Below are positions 1 through 9,087 of a stretch of 64,000 nt of DNA, piece after piece (positions within the stretch are counted from its first letter, which is position 1; every line of letters starts with the position of its first letter). Origin of the DNA: Planctomycetota bacterium (GTDB lineage: Bacteria; Planctomycetota; Planctomycetia; Planctomycetales; Planctomycetaceae). The notes below the pieces were generated by a model, which worked only from the letters and a program-made list of their open reading frames with translations, was not told the origin of the DNA and did not search any database. Both the position numbers and the translations under genes were made by a program. The stretch spans positions 14,788-78,787 of the forward strand of contig QWPB01000057.1 of assembly GCA_003671275.1 (NCBI GenBank). Reading direction: 5' to 3'.

Positions 1-570
1 TCACTGGGCGAACTCCTTTCCTTGCCGGGCGTGACTGCCGAACAGACCGGTTCCGGGCTCAATGAAGAGAATTGGTTACTGGTCGAAAAAGTCATTCTCG
101 CAGCCCTCGCCAATGTGCAGGAGTTTCGCCAGCGAGAAGGCCGAGCTATGCGGGACGAAATGCGGGATCTAACCGGACAGCTGCGAGCCCATCGCCAGTT
201 TGTGCTGGAGCGGGCCCCCCAGGTGATCGTCGCGTACCGCGATAAAATTCGCGATCGGGTGAATCAGCTACTGCAGGGAACGGGCTCGCAAGTGACCGAC
301 CAGGACTTGATTCGCGAAGTCAGCTTGTTCGCTGACAAGTGCGATATCACCGAGGAGTTGGCCCGGCTGCAAGCGCACCTGGATCAGTTTGACGACTCGC
401 TCGATGCTCACCCCTCCTCGGGTCGCAAGCTCGACTTCCTGTGCCAGGAACTGAACCGCGAGGTGAACACGATCGGCTCAAAGTCGAACGATGTCACCCT
501 GACCCACCGCGTCGTCGATGCGAAAGCGGTGGTGGAGAAGCTGCGAGAGATTGTGCAGAATGTGGAGTAA
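1..570 (+). CDS. YicC-family stress-induced protein, C-terminal part (5' end lies outside the window)
   Basis: The reading frame stays open back to base 1. C-terminal DUF1732-like block LDFLCQELNREVNTIGSKSNDV. Conserved yicC-gmk-rpoZ gene order. Confidence 0.8.
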   Translation, partial: SLGELLSLPGVTAEQTGSGLNEENWLLVEKVILAALANVQEFRQREGRAMRDEMRDLTGQLRAHRQFVLERAPQVIVAYRDKIRDRVNQLLQGTGSQVTDQDLIREVSLFADKCDITEELARLQAHLDQFDDSLDAHPSSGRKLDFLCQELNREVNTIGSKSNDVTLTHRVVDAKAVVEKLREIVQNVE

Positions 571-693
571 GGAGCGTTGTTAGTTAGCCGCCGGGCCTTC
601 CCGACGTGCTGAGTCACTTAGATACATCGGGCAAGCCCGGCGGCTGACCGTCCCCGTGGAGACTGAACACTCATTACTGTCGACTGAACACCG

Positions 694-1293
694 ATGACTG
701 ACGACTCCTCACAACCGGTTCGCGTGGTGGTCCTTTCCGGTCCTTCGGGGAGCGGCAAGTCGACGATTGTGCAGCGGCTTATCCGGGAATGTCCCGTACC
801 GATTCGGCAGTCGATCTCCGCCACGACTCGGGCACCGCGGCCCGGGGAAGTGGATGGCGAGCATTACCACTTCCTGACCCTTGCCGAGTTCGAGACCCAG
901 CGGAAGAACGGTGAGTTCTTGGAGTGCGCCGAGGTCCACCGGACCGGCAATTGGTATGGCACGCTCTGGTCGGAGGTCGATGTCGCCCAGAAGCTAAAGA
1001 TGTGGTCGCTGCTCGAAATCGATGTCGAGGGGGCGCAGAGCGTGATGCGGATGTATCCCCATGCGATCACAATCTTTGTGACATTACCATCTCTGGACGA
1101 GTACGAGCGTCGTCTGCGGGCACGGGGGACCGAATCGGAAGAGGTTCTCCAACGTCGTTTGCAGACGGCGCGCGAGGAGCTTAAAATGGCGGGTTGCTAC
1201 CGCCACCAGATCGTTAATGACGACCTGGACACGGCGGTGCAGGCGATTTGCCGGATCTTGGCAACCCATCAGGCGGAAATCAATGCTCGATGA
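694..1293 (+). CDS. gmk: Guanylate kinase
   Basis: P-loop [14 protein letters not shown], then [20 protein letters not shown] and the typical length of 199 aa. Confidence 0.95.
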   Translation: MTDDSSQPVRVVVLSGPSGSGKSTIVQRLIRECPVPIRQSISATTRAPRPGEVDGEHYHFLTLAEFETQRKNGEFLECAEVHRTGNWYGTLWSEVDVAQKLKMWSLLEIDVEGAQSVMRMYPHAITIFVTLPSLDEYERRLRARGTESEEVLQRRLQTAREELKMAGCYRHQIVNDDLDTAVQAICRILATHQAEINAR

Positions 1294-1540
1294 ACTGAAG
1301 GAAGATGTGATCGTCAACAAGGTTGGCGGTCGCTTCAAGCTCTCCACGCTGATTCAAAAGCGTCTGGTTCAGCTCAACCGCGGAGCCCCTCCTCTGGTAG
1401 ATGAGATTGGCAAGCCCACGATGCACACCGTCGTGCGAGAAATCCTCGAAGACAAGATCTACCTGGATGACACCGAGAATGTGGTCGTCGCCGTCGACGA
1501 TGCACCGGACACGGGTGCCCCGAACTTGGATGATCTGTAG
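1283..1540 (+). CDS. rpoZ: DNA-directed RNA polymerase subunit omega
   Basis: Omega-like N-terminus [31 protein letters not shown]. The internal ATG at 1283 overlaps the gmk stop by 11 nt. Position directly after gmk is canonical. Confidence 0.85.
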   Translation: MLDELKEDVIVNKVGGRFKLSTLIQKRLVQLNRGAPPLVDEIGKPTMHTVVREILEDKIYLDDTENVVVAVDDAPDTGAPNLDDL

Positions 1541-1618
1541 GAATCCAGTCGCCCGTCTTGTTCAACAGATGAATGGGACAGGCTCACGCGGAATTCCACG
1601 CCGAACGTAGTCCGAAAC

Positions 1619-1654
1619 AGAGGCCGATTCCATAAAACGGGAATCGGCCTCTTT
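1619..1654 (+). terminator. Stem-loop downstream of rpoZ (putative intrinsic terminator)
   Basis: Perfect 13-bp stem agaggccgattcc / ggaatcggcctct with an 8-nt loop. Only a short T stretch follows (ttgcg). Confidence 0.55.
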
Positions 1655-1829
1655 GCGTAGTATCCAGCCGGGTGAAATGCGGTCAGGAATGCAGTCCGCC
1701 CCTTGAACCGGGGGAGATCCCACTCTAACCTCCGCAGCGGGACGTGCGATGCCCGCTGGCATTCTCCACGGCTACCCCATGCCTCCTGTTGCGACCACCC
1801 CTGCTCCCAAGGTCAAGGAACCTGCCTCG

Positions 1830-3242
1830 ATGGCTCAGACCGCTGATTACAAAGTCAAAGACATCTCCCAGGCAGACTTCGGTCGCAAGGAACTCGACAT
1901 TGCCGAGCACGAAATGCCCGGCCTGATGGCGACTCGCGACAAGTACGGCCCCAAGAAGCCGCTGGCTGGGGTGCGGATCACCGGCTCGTTGCACATGACG
2001 ATCCAGACCGGTGTGCTGATCGAGACGCTCAAGGAACTCGGGGCCGATGTCCGCTGGGCCTCGTGTAACATCTTCTCGACCCAGGACCACGCCGCAGCCG
2101 CCATCGCCGCCAGTGGCACGCCGGTTTTCGCCTGGAAGGGTGAGACCCTCGAAGAGTACTGGGACTGCACCTGGGACGCGATCATGTTCCCGGGCGGCAA
2201 GGGGCCCCAGCTGATCGTCGATGACGGCGGCGACGTGACCCTCTTGATCCACAAGGGATACGAGATGGAGAACGGCGACAAGTGGGTCGATTCTCCCAGC
2301 GACAACCACGAAGTGAAGGTCATCAAGGATCTCCTCAAGAAGGTCGCTAAGCAACAGCCCGGGATCTTCCACACGATCGTCAAGGACCTGAAGGGTGTCT
2401 CGGAAGAGACCACCACCGGGGTTCATCGCCTCTACGAAATGCAGAAGGCGGGCAAGCTGCTCTTCCCGGCAATCAACGTCAACGACAGTGTGACAAAGTC
2501 GAAGTTCGACAACCTGTACGGTTGCCGCCACTCGCTCACCGACGGCATCTTCCGCGCGATGGACGTGATGCTCTCCGGCAAGGTGGCTGTGGTCTGCGGC
2601 TACGGCGATGTCGGTAAGGGGTGCGCCCAGGCACTGCGGGGCCAGGGGGCACAAGTGGTCGTCACCGAGATCGACCCGATCTGTGCGCTCCAAGCCGCGA
2701 TGGAAGGCTACCGCGTCCTGCCGCTCGAAAACACGCTGGGCTGGGCCGATGTCTACGTGACCACCACCGGGAACAAGGACATCATCCGTGTGGAACACAT
2801 GGAAAAGATGAAGGACCAGGCGATCGTCTGCAACATCGGTCACTTCGATAACGAAATCCAGATCGACAAGCTCAACAATCGCACCGATGTCAAGCGGCTC
2901 AACATCAAGCCGCAGGTCGACAAGTACACCTTCCCGACCAAGAACAGCATCTACATGCTCGCCGAAGGTCGCCTCGTGAACCTCGGCTGTGCCACCGGCC
3001 ACCCGAGCTTCGTGATGAGCAACAGCTTCACGAATCAGTGCCTGGCGCAGATGGAACTGTGGGCCACGAAGGGGGATCGCCCCATCGGCGTGACCGTGCT
3101 GCCGAAGAAGCTCGACGAAGAAGTGGCCCGGCTGCACCTCGGCAAGATCGGCGTGAAGCTGACCAAGCTGACACAGGAGCAGGCCGACTACATCAGCGTG
3201 CCGGTGGATGGGCCGTACAAGGCGGAGCACTACCGGTACTAA
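1830..3242 (+). CDS. ahcY: Adenosylhomocysteinase
   Basis: [31 protein letters not shown]-binding [11 protein letters not shown]-terminal KAEHYRY. ATG 1830 (MAQTADYKV) is preferred over the in-frame upstream ATGs at 1749 and 1779. Confidence 0.95.
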   Translation: MAQTADYKVKDISQADFGRKELDIAEHEMPGLMATRDKYGPKKPLAGVRITGSLHMTIQTGVLIETLKELGADVRWASCNIFSTQDHAAAAIAASGTPVFAWKGETLEEYWDCTWDAIMFPGGKGPQLIVDDGGDVTLLIHKGYEMENGDKWVDSPSDNHEVKVIKDLLKKVAKQQPGIFHTIVKDLKGVSEETTTGVHRLYEMQKAGKLLFPAINVNDSVTKSKFDNLYGCRHSLTDGIFRAMDVMLSGKVAVVCGYGDVGKGCAQALRGQGAQVVVTEIDPICALQAAMEGYRVLPLENTLGWADVYVTTTGNKDIIRVEHMEKMKDQAIVCNIGHFDNEIQIDKLNNRTDVKRLNIKPQVDKYTFPTKNSIYMLAEGRLVNLGCATGHPSFVMSNSFTNQCLAQMELWATKGDRPIGVTVLPKKLDEEVARLHLGKIGVKLTKLTQEQADYISVPVDGPYKAEHYRY

Positions 3243-3285
3243 ATCGCTGGCAGCGTCCGCCAGAGAAAACGAACAGCGAGAACAA

Positions 3286-3322
3286 ACAGCCCAGGGGGTG
3301 CAATCCCTGGGCTGTTGTGTTC
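3286..3322. terminator. Probable bidirectional intrinsic terminator between convergent genes
   Basis: Perfect 11-bp stem acagcccaggg / ccctgggctgt with an 8-nt loop. A-rich sequence upstream and T-rich (tgtgtt) downstream. Confidence 0.6.
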
Positions 3323-3454
3323 CGTGAAAGCCGCTCACCGGGGATGTCCATGTGAGCGAACTCGCGTCCGGGATTGCAGAAACCACGGCTGGTCACTGCG
3401 AGACGCCACAATGGAACGCAGCACGCCAACAGCCGCTGTGTGTCACCGACCGCG

Positions 3455-4102
3455 TCAATCGTTCGATTGAGCCCCGGAGCCGACCTTAAATGCGGAAACG
3501 ATGGCCAGGATAAAGAACAGGATGTCAAATCCGTTGAAGCTGGCTTTGAATCCTTCCTGTTTGGCCATCGCACCGATGGCTCCCGTCAATTCTTTGAGTA
3601 GTTCCTGACGTTCAGTGAGCTGTTTTTGCTGCTCGGCGGGGTCCAGATCGGTCCAGCGTTTGCGGGCTTCGTCCTGGACCGACTGCGGATAATGGATCAT
3701 CTGTTCCGCCGTATCGAGGGACTGGCCTGGCGGCCACTGCATCGGCTTGTTGGCAGCGGTCCACTCCTGAACAACCTCCGCGCACAAGCCGTTCTGCATA
3801 TCCTCGGGAGTGACCTGAGCAAAGGAAGCAATCTCCTTGGCAAACTCCCGATCCACAATCAGGCTGACAGCCGCATACTTCCCGGCCAGCAGAGCCAGAA
3901 TGGCGATCACCACGGCTGTAACACCGGGCGCAAACCCTTCGTCCTCTCCAGCGGCAGCCCGAACACAGAAGCCGACGATCACGCCGACAAACCAGGCGAT
4001 CCAGCCAATCTCCATTCCTGAAAAATAGGCGATCGCCGCCCATACTCCGGCCGAGATGGCCCCGCCGATCAACCCGGCAACACACCACTTCACCAATTTC
4101 AT
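3455..4102 (-). CDS. Hypothetical membrane protein (N-terminal TM pair, central charged helix, C-terminal TM)
   Basis: Start chosen at MKLVKWCVAGLIGGAISAGVWAAIAYF. Hydrophobic segments at both ends. No family recognised. Confidence 0.6.
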   Translation of the reverse strand: MKLVKWCVAGLIGGAISAGVWAAIAYFSGMEIGWIAWFVGVIVGFCVRAAAGEDEGFAPGVTAVVIAILALLAGKYAAVSLIVDREFAKEIASFAQVTPEDMQNGLCAEVVQEWTAANKPMQWPPGQSLDTAEQMIHYPQSVQDEARKRWTDLDPAEQQKQLTERQELLKELTGAIGAMAKQEGFKASFNGFDILFFILAIVSAFKVGSGAQSND

Positions 4103-4226
4103 GATGGTCTTTCTGAAAACCCTTGCACCACTGCGGGCCGCGATGGCCGCGCGTGAGATATACCGCGACACCACACAGGCAGCCCCTGTTGCCACACACG
4201 TGAGCAACTTGACAGAACCTTGCCAG

Positions 4227-4949
4227 TTAAGGCAACTCGCGAATGCGAACACCCTTGATGTCGATGGGGGCCCCTTCGCTTTCGAGGCACAGGTAACCCG
4301 TACGCGGTTCACAGTTGTTGCCGCCCGAGACTTCCTCCCCGTTCACCCAGAGCCGGACTTCGCCATTGATCGCCCGGACGTAGTAGTGGTTCCATTGGCC
4401 GATCCCCTTGCTGAGGTCTTTGCGGGGAAAGCTGCGGCCACTGTTATTCGGGGCTTTGGGTTCGAATGGAACCATCTTGGAGGAACCAACGGGGAAGACA
4501 TCCCCATTCGTGGTGAACCAGTCGGATTTTTTACCGGTCGACTTCTCGTATTGCTCCGCGTACCCGTGGTCGAGAATCTGGACCTCAATCCCGCCGGGGG
4601 GCAGCTGGTTCGGCTTCAGGTTCTTAAAGGCGTCATCACCCGCCCAGAGGAAGATACCCGAGTTGCCCCCGGACTTGTTGTGCCGCCAGGTCGCAACCAG
4701 TTCAAAATTGGTGTACTTCTTTTTGGAGCGGGTCACGCCGACCGGCGTCCCCTTGCAGTGGACTTCTTCCCCGTGCCAGGTGAAGGTGTCCGGATCCGTA
4801 TTAATGAGGTCGAAGTCCGCTTCGCCAAGCGTGACCCACCCCGGCCCCGTTCCGTCGATAAACGCCTTGGTCACCACCGCGGGCTCCTCGGCCCAGCCTG
4901 GGGAAATCAATGCGATTAGAACCACCGACCCAAAGATGCAGCGCAGCAT
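4227..4949 (-). CDS. Secreted DUF1080-type (3-keto-disaccharide hydrolase-like) protein
   Basis: Signal peptide MLRCIFGSVVLIALISPGWA. DUF1080-like body and ending (NSGIFLW, GYLCLESEGAPIDIKGVRIREL). Confidence 0.75.
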   Translation of the reverse strand: MLRCIFGSVVLIALISPGWAEEPAVVTKAFIDGTGPGWVTLGEADFDLINTDPDTFTWHGEEVHCKGTPVGVTRSKKKYTNFELVATWRHNKSGGNSGIFLWAGDDAFKNLKPNQLPPGGIEVQILDHGYAEQYEKSTGKKSDWFTTNGDVFPVGSSKMVPFEPKAPNNSGRSFPRKDLSKGIGQWNHYYVRAINGEVRLWVNGEEVSGGNNCEPRTGYLCLESEGAPIDIKGVRIRELP

Positions 4950-5045
4950 GAACCATTCCTCGCAGGAGTGACGATTGATTCGATTGTGGTTCGGTCTGCG
5001 ACTGAAATCAACACGCAAGGGGTGGCCAAAACTGCCACTCAGTAT

Positions 5046-5076
5046 TTCAGCATTTCACAACTTCAGCATTTCACAA
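5046..5076. repeat. Exact tandem direct repeat, 2 x 15 nt (ttcagcatttcacaa) with a 16-nt period, in a divergent intergenic region
   Basis: Read directly: 5046-5060 and 5062-5076 are identical. Lies about 100 nt upstream of the DUF1080 gene start. Confidence 0.9.
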
Positions 5077-5561
5077 GCAGTGGTCGTCCGAGCCGGAAGC
5101 GGAGCCCCTGGCGGGGAGTCCCGGAAAGGTGTCCGCAAAGACGAGTCCTTGTGTTGAGAATTCCCGCACAACATGCGTCCTTCCACTCACCCGTGCGCAA
5201 AAAACGGTCCATCTTTTATGGAACAATCACCGTTTCGGCATGGTTCCAGCCATGCTCGAACCGATGGAGACGAATGCCCGCGAACGAACACCTTGCGGTT
5301 CGATCCCGCAAAATCGGAATAATCGTTCTGGGTTCCTGTTCGGAGTTTTCGGACTGTGCCTGTGTTGCCGTTGGCAACGGTTCGATTTGTGCGCATACTG
5401 CACCACGTGGCTTCTTCCCCACATCGACCGCTCGGTCAAGCAGTAGCGTTGTATTGTCTCGACATCCCTTGAGACAATTTGCAACATCTCCCTCCTCACA
5501 CAGGAACTGGTTCCCTCACTGTGGATTCCATCCTCAGTGAAGGTGGCGCTGGAGTCCCTTC

Positions 5562-6503
5562 ATGCCTGTTATCCTGCATGTCGATCCTTCGACCGCTGAT
5601 CGCGAGATGATTCGCGATGCGTTGTCGAACCAGGAAAACTGGACGATCGAAGGGGCCAATTCTTACGAAGAAGCCCGTGAACGTCTGCAGCTTCATCCCG
5701 TCGATGCCATTCTGTCGGAAGTCGAACTGGGGGACGGGTATTGGAACGACCTGGTCTCGATGCTCCGTAGTCGTCAGATGACGACCCCCGTGTTTGTCGT
5801 GACCGCCCAGATGACCGTGGAAGGGGCCGCTCAGGCCGTGCGTGATGGCGCCGAGACCGTGCTTCTGAAAGGCAGCAATTACGACGAATGGCCGTTCCCG
5901 ATTGAATGCGCTATCGATCAGGCGACCAGCCGCTCCGTCCGGGCCAGTGTCGAGAAATCCTTGTCCAGCCAAAAACTGCTGTTCGTTCTGGAAAATGAAA
6001 AGGGCCGTGTCCCCCATCTGGTGAATCTTCTGGTGGAGCAATGCGACCGGTTCGGACTGCTCGATGACCGGGACCGGATGCGGATTCAGGTGGCCCTGGA
6101 AGAAGCCATCCTCAACTCCATCATCCACGGCAACCTGGAAGTCAGTTCCAAGCTGCGAGAACTGGAAGGCGATGTTTTCGAGCAAACCGTGAGTGAGCGC
6201 AAGGTCTCTCTGCCCTACAGCCTGCGGCGGGTGATTCTGGAAGCCGAGTACAACTACGAGCTGGCGCGATTCACCATTCGCGATGAAGGCCCCGGGTTCG
6301 ACGTCAATAAAGTTCGAAACCCCACGGAAGACGATGCCATCGAACTGGCGAGCGGGCGTGGTATACTTCTGATGCGGTCGTTCATGGACGAAACCGACTA
6401 CAACGATAAAGGGAACGAAGTCCGCATGCTGAAACGGCGGAGCGCCAGCCTGACTCCGGAAGTCGAACAGTTGACCACGTGCGCAGCAACCATCACGGTA
6501 TGA
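5562..6503 (+). CDS. Receiver (REC) domain fused to an RsbW/SpoIIAB-like HATPase_c_2 domain
   Basis: REC-like N-terminus (VILHVD..., PVFVVTAQ, LLKG). C-terminal ATPase/kinase-like blocks VALEEAILNSIIHGN, RDEGPGFD, GRGILLMRSFMD. Confidence 0.8.
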   Translation: MPVILHVDPSTADREMIRDALSNQENWTIEGANSYEEARERLQLHPVDAILSEVELGDGYWNDLVSMLRSRQMTTPVFVVTAQMTVEGAAQAVRDGAETVLLKGSNYDEWPFPIECAIDQATSRSVRASVEKSLSSQKLLFVLENEKGRVPHLVNLLVEQCDRFGLLDDRDRMRIQVALEEAILNSIIHGNLEVSSKLRELEGDVFEQTVSERKVSLPYSLRRVILEAEYNYELARFTIRDEGPGFDVNKVRNPTEDDAIELASGRGILLMRSFMDETDYNDKGNEVRMLKRRSASLTPEVEQLTTCAATITV

Positions 6504-6664
6504 ACGAAGCGATGACCATCCCCCCTTTAGCGGGGTGGTATCCATCGGGCGGGGTGCTTCGCATCGGAAAACGCGTCACCGAGATGGCTGTAGTCATCGA
6601 TCGTGTGGGTTGATTGCCCGATGAAGTACGATATCCCTCCGTCAAATACCTGGAGGGCTTCCGA

Positions 6665-8242
6665 ATGTCCGTTCGACTGCAGTGGACGTATGGATTTGTC
6701 AGGGCAGCACGCCTGCTGGCGATCCTGGGCTGTCTGGTTCTCTACCCGTTTTTTTTGCGGGCGGACGCCCTGGAGCAGATCCGTCAGCGCGGTACTTTAC
6801 GCTGGGGGGCCGATCAGGAAGGGGGCGGACCGTACGTCTATCCTCGCTCAGACGCCCCCTCCCGCGTTACCGGATTCGAAGTGGAGGTCGCCGACCTGCT
6901 CGCCCGGCAACTGGGAGTCCGCGCCGAGTTCGTGCAGGGGCCTTGGGACAAACTCCCCGACCTGATGGAACGAGGTGACCTGGATATCGTGCTCAATGGC
7001 TATGAGTGGTCTCCCGTCCGGGGAGAACGTTATGGCTGCTCCGTCCCCTACTACATCTACGAACTCCAGTTGCAGGCCCGGAGTGATTCGACGTGGCGTT
7101 CGATGGACGATCTGCGACGACCTCCGGGAGCCCCCCGGCGCGTGGTGGGTGTGCTCGGCGGAACTGCGGCGGAAGACTATCTGCGGAAGCGGTTCCCCGA
7201 CGATGTGCAGATCGTGTCCTTCGATGGCAATTCGGATGCCATGCGGGCGACCGAGCTGTCCGCCGATGGGATCGAAGCCGTGCTGCAAGACTTACCTATC
7301 ACGGTCTTCATGGAAAAAGGTTTTCCGCACCTCCGGCGGATCGGTGATCCCGTAGGCCGGGGTTATTACGTGGTGCTGACACCCCGCCGGGAAACGGCCC
7401 TGCTCCGTGAAATGAATACCGCCATTCGCGAGACTCTGGCCGATGGCCGTTTACGACAGATACTGGAGCGATACGGGCTCTGGAACGACACCCAGACCGC
7501 CCGGGGGCTGGAGACGGATTCAGCTGGCTACTTCTCTCCGCTGGCGACACCCGCCGTCAACGCCACCCCTGTCGAACAGGTGGAACTAGTCCGCGGTTGG
7601 ACTGCTGTCACACAGCGTGGCGGATTGGTGGTCCGAGCGGCGGGGATGACCATTCTGCTGTCGGTCATCTCGATGCCACTCGCGATTGGAATCGGCTTGC
7701 TCCTGGCGCTGGGCCGAATGTACGGCCCAGCATGGCTCCGTCGGTTCTGTACCCTGTACATCGAAGTCATCCGGGGAACACCGCTGGTCCTCCAGTTGTA
7801 TGTGATCTTCTTTGTGCTTCCGGAGATTGGGATTTCGATTCACGCCTTCTGGGCGGCGGTCATCGGATTGGCGATGAATTACTCAGCCTATGAAGCGGAG
7901 ATCTACCGTTCGGGAATCCAGGCCATCCCCCCCGGTCAGACCGAGGCGGCCCTGGCCCTGGGCATGTCCCGCCCGCTGACCATCCGGCGGATCATCATTC
8001 CGCAAGCCACCCGACTGGTCATACCGCCGATGACAAATGACTTCATTGCACTCTTCAAGGATACGGCGGTCTGCTCCGTAATCACGGTCGTCGAATTGAG
8101 TAAGGAGTATTACATTCAGGCTCGCAGCACCGGAGCGATCCTGGAACTGGGGGCTTTGACATCGCTGCTCTATCTCGGGATGAGCTATCCTCTCTCCGTT
8201 CTGGCAGGACGATTTGAACGCCAGCTGCGCGGCAAGTCGTAA
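6665..8242 (+). CDS. Amino-acid ABC transporter, fused family-3 substrate-binding domain and permease
   Basis: SBP blocks LRWGADQEGGGPYVY and DIVLNGYEWSP. HisM/GlnP-type permease with the loop EAALALGMSRPLTIRRIIIPQA. GGAGG lies 9 nt upstream of ATG 6665. Confidence 0.85.
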   Translation: MSVRLQWTYGFVRAARLLAILGCLVLYPFFLRADALEQIRQRGTLRWGADQEGGGPYVYPRSDAPSRVTGFEVEVADLLARQLGVRAEFVQGPWDKLPDLMERGDLDIVLNGYEWSPVRGERYGCSVPYYIYELQLQARSDSTWRSMDDLRRPPGAPRRVVGVLGGTAAEDYLRKRFPDDVQIVSFDGNSDAMRATELSADGIEAVLQDLPITVFMEKGFPHLRRIGDPVGRGYYVVLTPRRETALLREMNTAIRETLADGRLRQILERYGLWNDTQTARGLETDSAGYFSPLATPAVNATPVEQVELVRGWTAVTQRGGLVVRAAGMTILLSVISMPLAIGIGLLLALGRMYGPAWLRRFCTLYIEVIRGTPLVLQLYVIFFVLPEIGISIHAFWAAVIGLAMNYSAYEAEIYRSGIQAIPPGQTEAALALGMSRPLTIRRIIIPQATRLVIPPMTNDFIALFKDTAVCSVITVVELSKEYYIQARSTGAILELGALTSLLYLGMSYPLSVLAGRFERQLRGKS

Positions 8243-8274
8243 TTGGCGATGAACGTTTTCGGGGCGAGACAGCC

Positions 8275-8922
8275 TCAGCGTCCGTGCGGTCCCGCCGGGA
8301 CACCGACAACCGTCATACCATCCAGAACATCGGTTACGACCACGGCCCCGGCTCCGACGATGCACATGCGTCCGATTCGGCAACGGGGGATCACCACCGC
8401 CCCCGCACCAATGAGTGTCTGGTCACCCACAACCACCTCCCCCGTCAGCCGGGCTCCGGGGGCGACGTGAACGAACTCGCCCAGTTGGCCATCATGATCC
8501 ACACTGGCACCGGTATTGATGATCCCGCCGCGCCCCATTCGGGTATCGGCCTGCACGACCGATCCGGCCATCACAATGGTCCCCGCCCCCATCTCCACAG
8601 TCTCTGACACGATCGCCGATGGATGAATGAGTACGGGCACGCTGTAGCCCGCGTCTTGAGCGGCGATTACACAGCGGGCTCGGACGGCGTTACAGCCGAT
8701 CGCGACAAAGACAGCCACCGTTTGTTCCGCCTCCGCACGAAACAAGACGGAGGACGGTCCCATGAGGGGACTTCCATAGAATACCCCCCCTGTACGGGAT
8801 GGAGTGTCATCCAGGAATCCCCGAACCTCCCATCCACTGGCTCGCGCCACATCGGCCACGACCTTGGCGTGACCTCCAGCTCCCCAGATCAGCAGCGGCA
8901 GACGAGGAGGGATGGTGAGCAT
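8275..8922 (-). CDS. NeuD/PglD-family sugar acetyltransferase (hexapeptide repeat)
   Basis: LLIWGAGGHAKVVADV N-domain followed by left-handed beta-helix repeats (IGAGAVV, VGAGAVV). The start could instead be the upstream ATG at 8967. Confidence 0.8.
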   Translation of the reverse strand: MLTIPPRLPLLIWGAGGHAKVVADVARASGWEVRGFLDDTPSRTGGVFYGSPLMGPSSVLFRAEAEQTVAVFVAIGCNAVRARCVIAAQDAGYSVPVLIHPSAIVSETVEMGAGTIVMAGSVVQADTRMGRGGIINTGASVDHDGQLGEFVHVAPGARLTGEVVVGDQTLIGAGAVVIPRCRIGRMCIVGAGAVVVTDVLDGMTVVGVPAGPHGR

Positions 8923-9087
8923 CTGCCGATCGACTTTCGGGGCCACGGAGTTCTGTGCATTGAACACAAACGCCCTCTCGAACGCAAAGGGCTTCCGACC
9001 TTCAGCGAGCCTTTACGCATCTCTTCGCTCGTTCGAATTCCCGAACGACAGTATCAGACGCGGCGATTTCAGGATGTTCGCACGGGG

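Noticed and set aside
1661-1829. Looked for an SAH riboswitch in the ahcY leader.
   Set aside because: I could not find the conserved SAH-riboswitch elements I remember (AGGCUCGG-like and AACGGCGCUC-like strands). Only a generic hairpin (cagcggg...cccgctg) is present. Infernal could still be run to be sure.
1725-3386. 553-aa ORF on the minus strand, longer than the ahcY gene it overlaps.
   Set aside because: It is antisense to an unmistakable adenosylhomocysteinase. Its translation is Arg/Gly/Val/His-rich with no motifs. This is a typical high-GC shadow ORF.
5496-6545. 349-aa minus-strand ORF.
   Set aside because: It is antisense to the REC-HATPase gene, which has recognisable domain motifs. 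No motifs are present in the antisense product.
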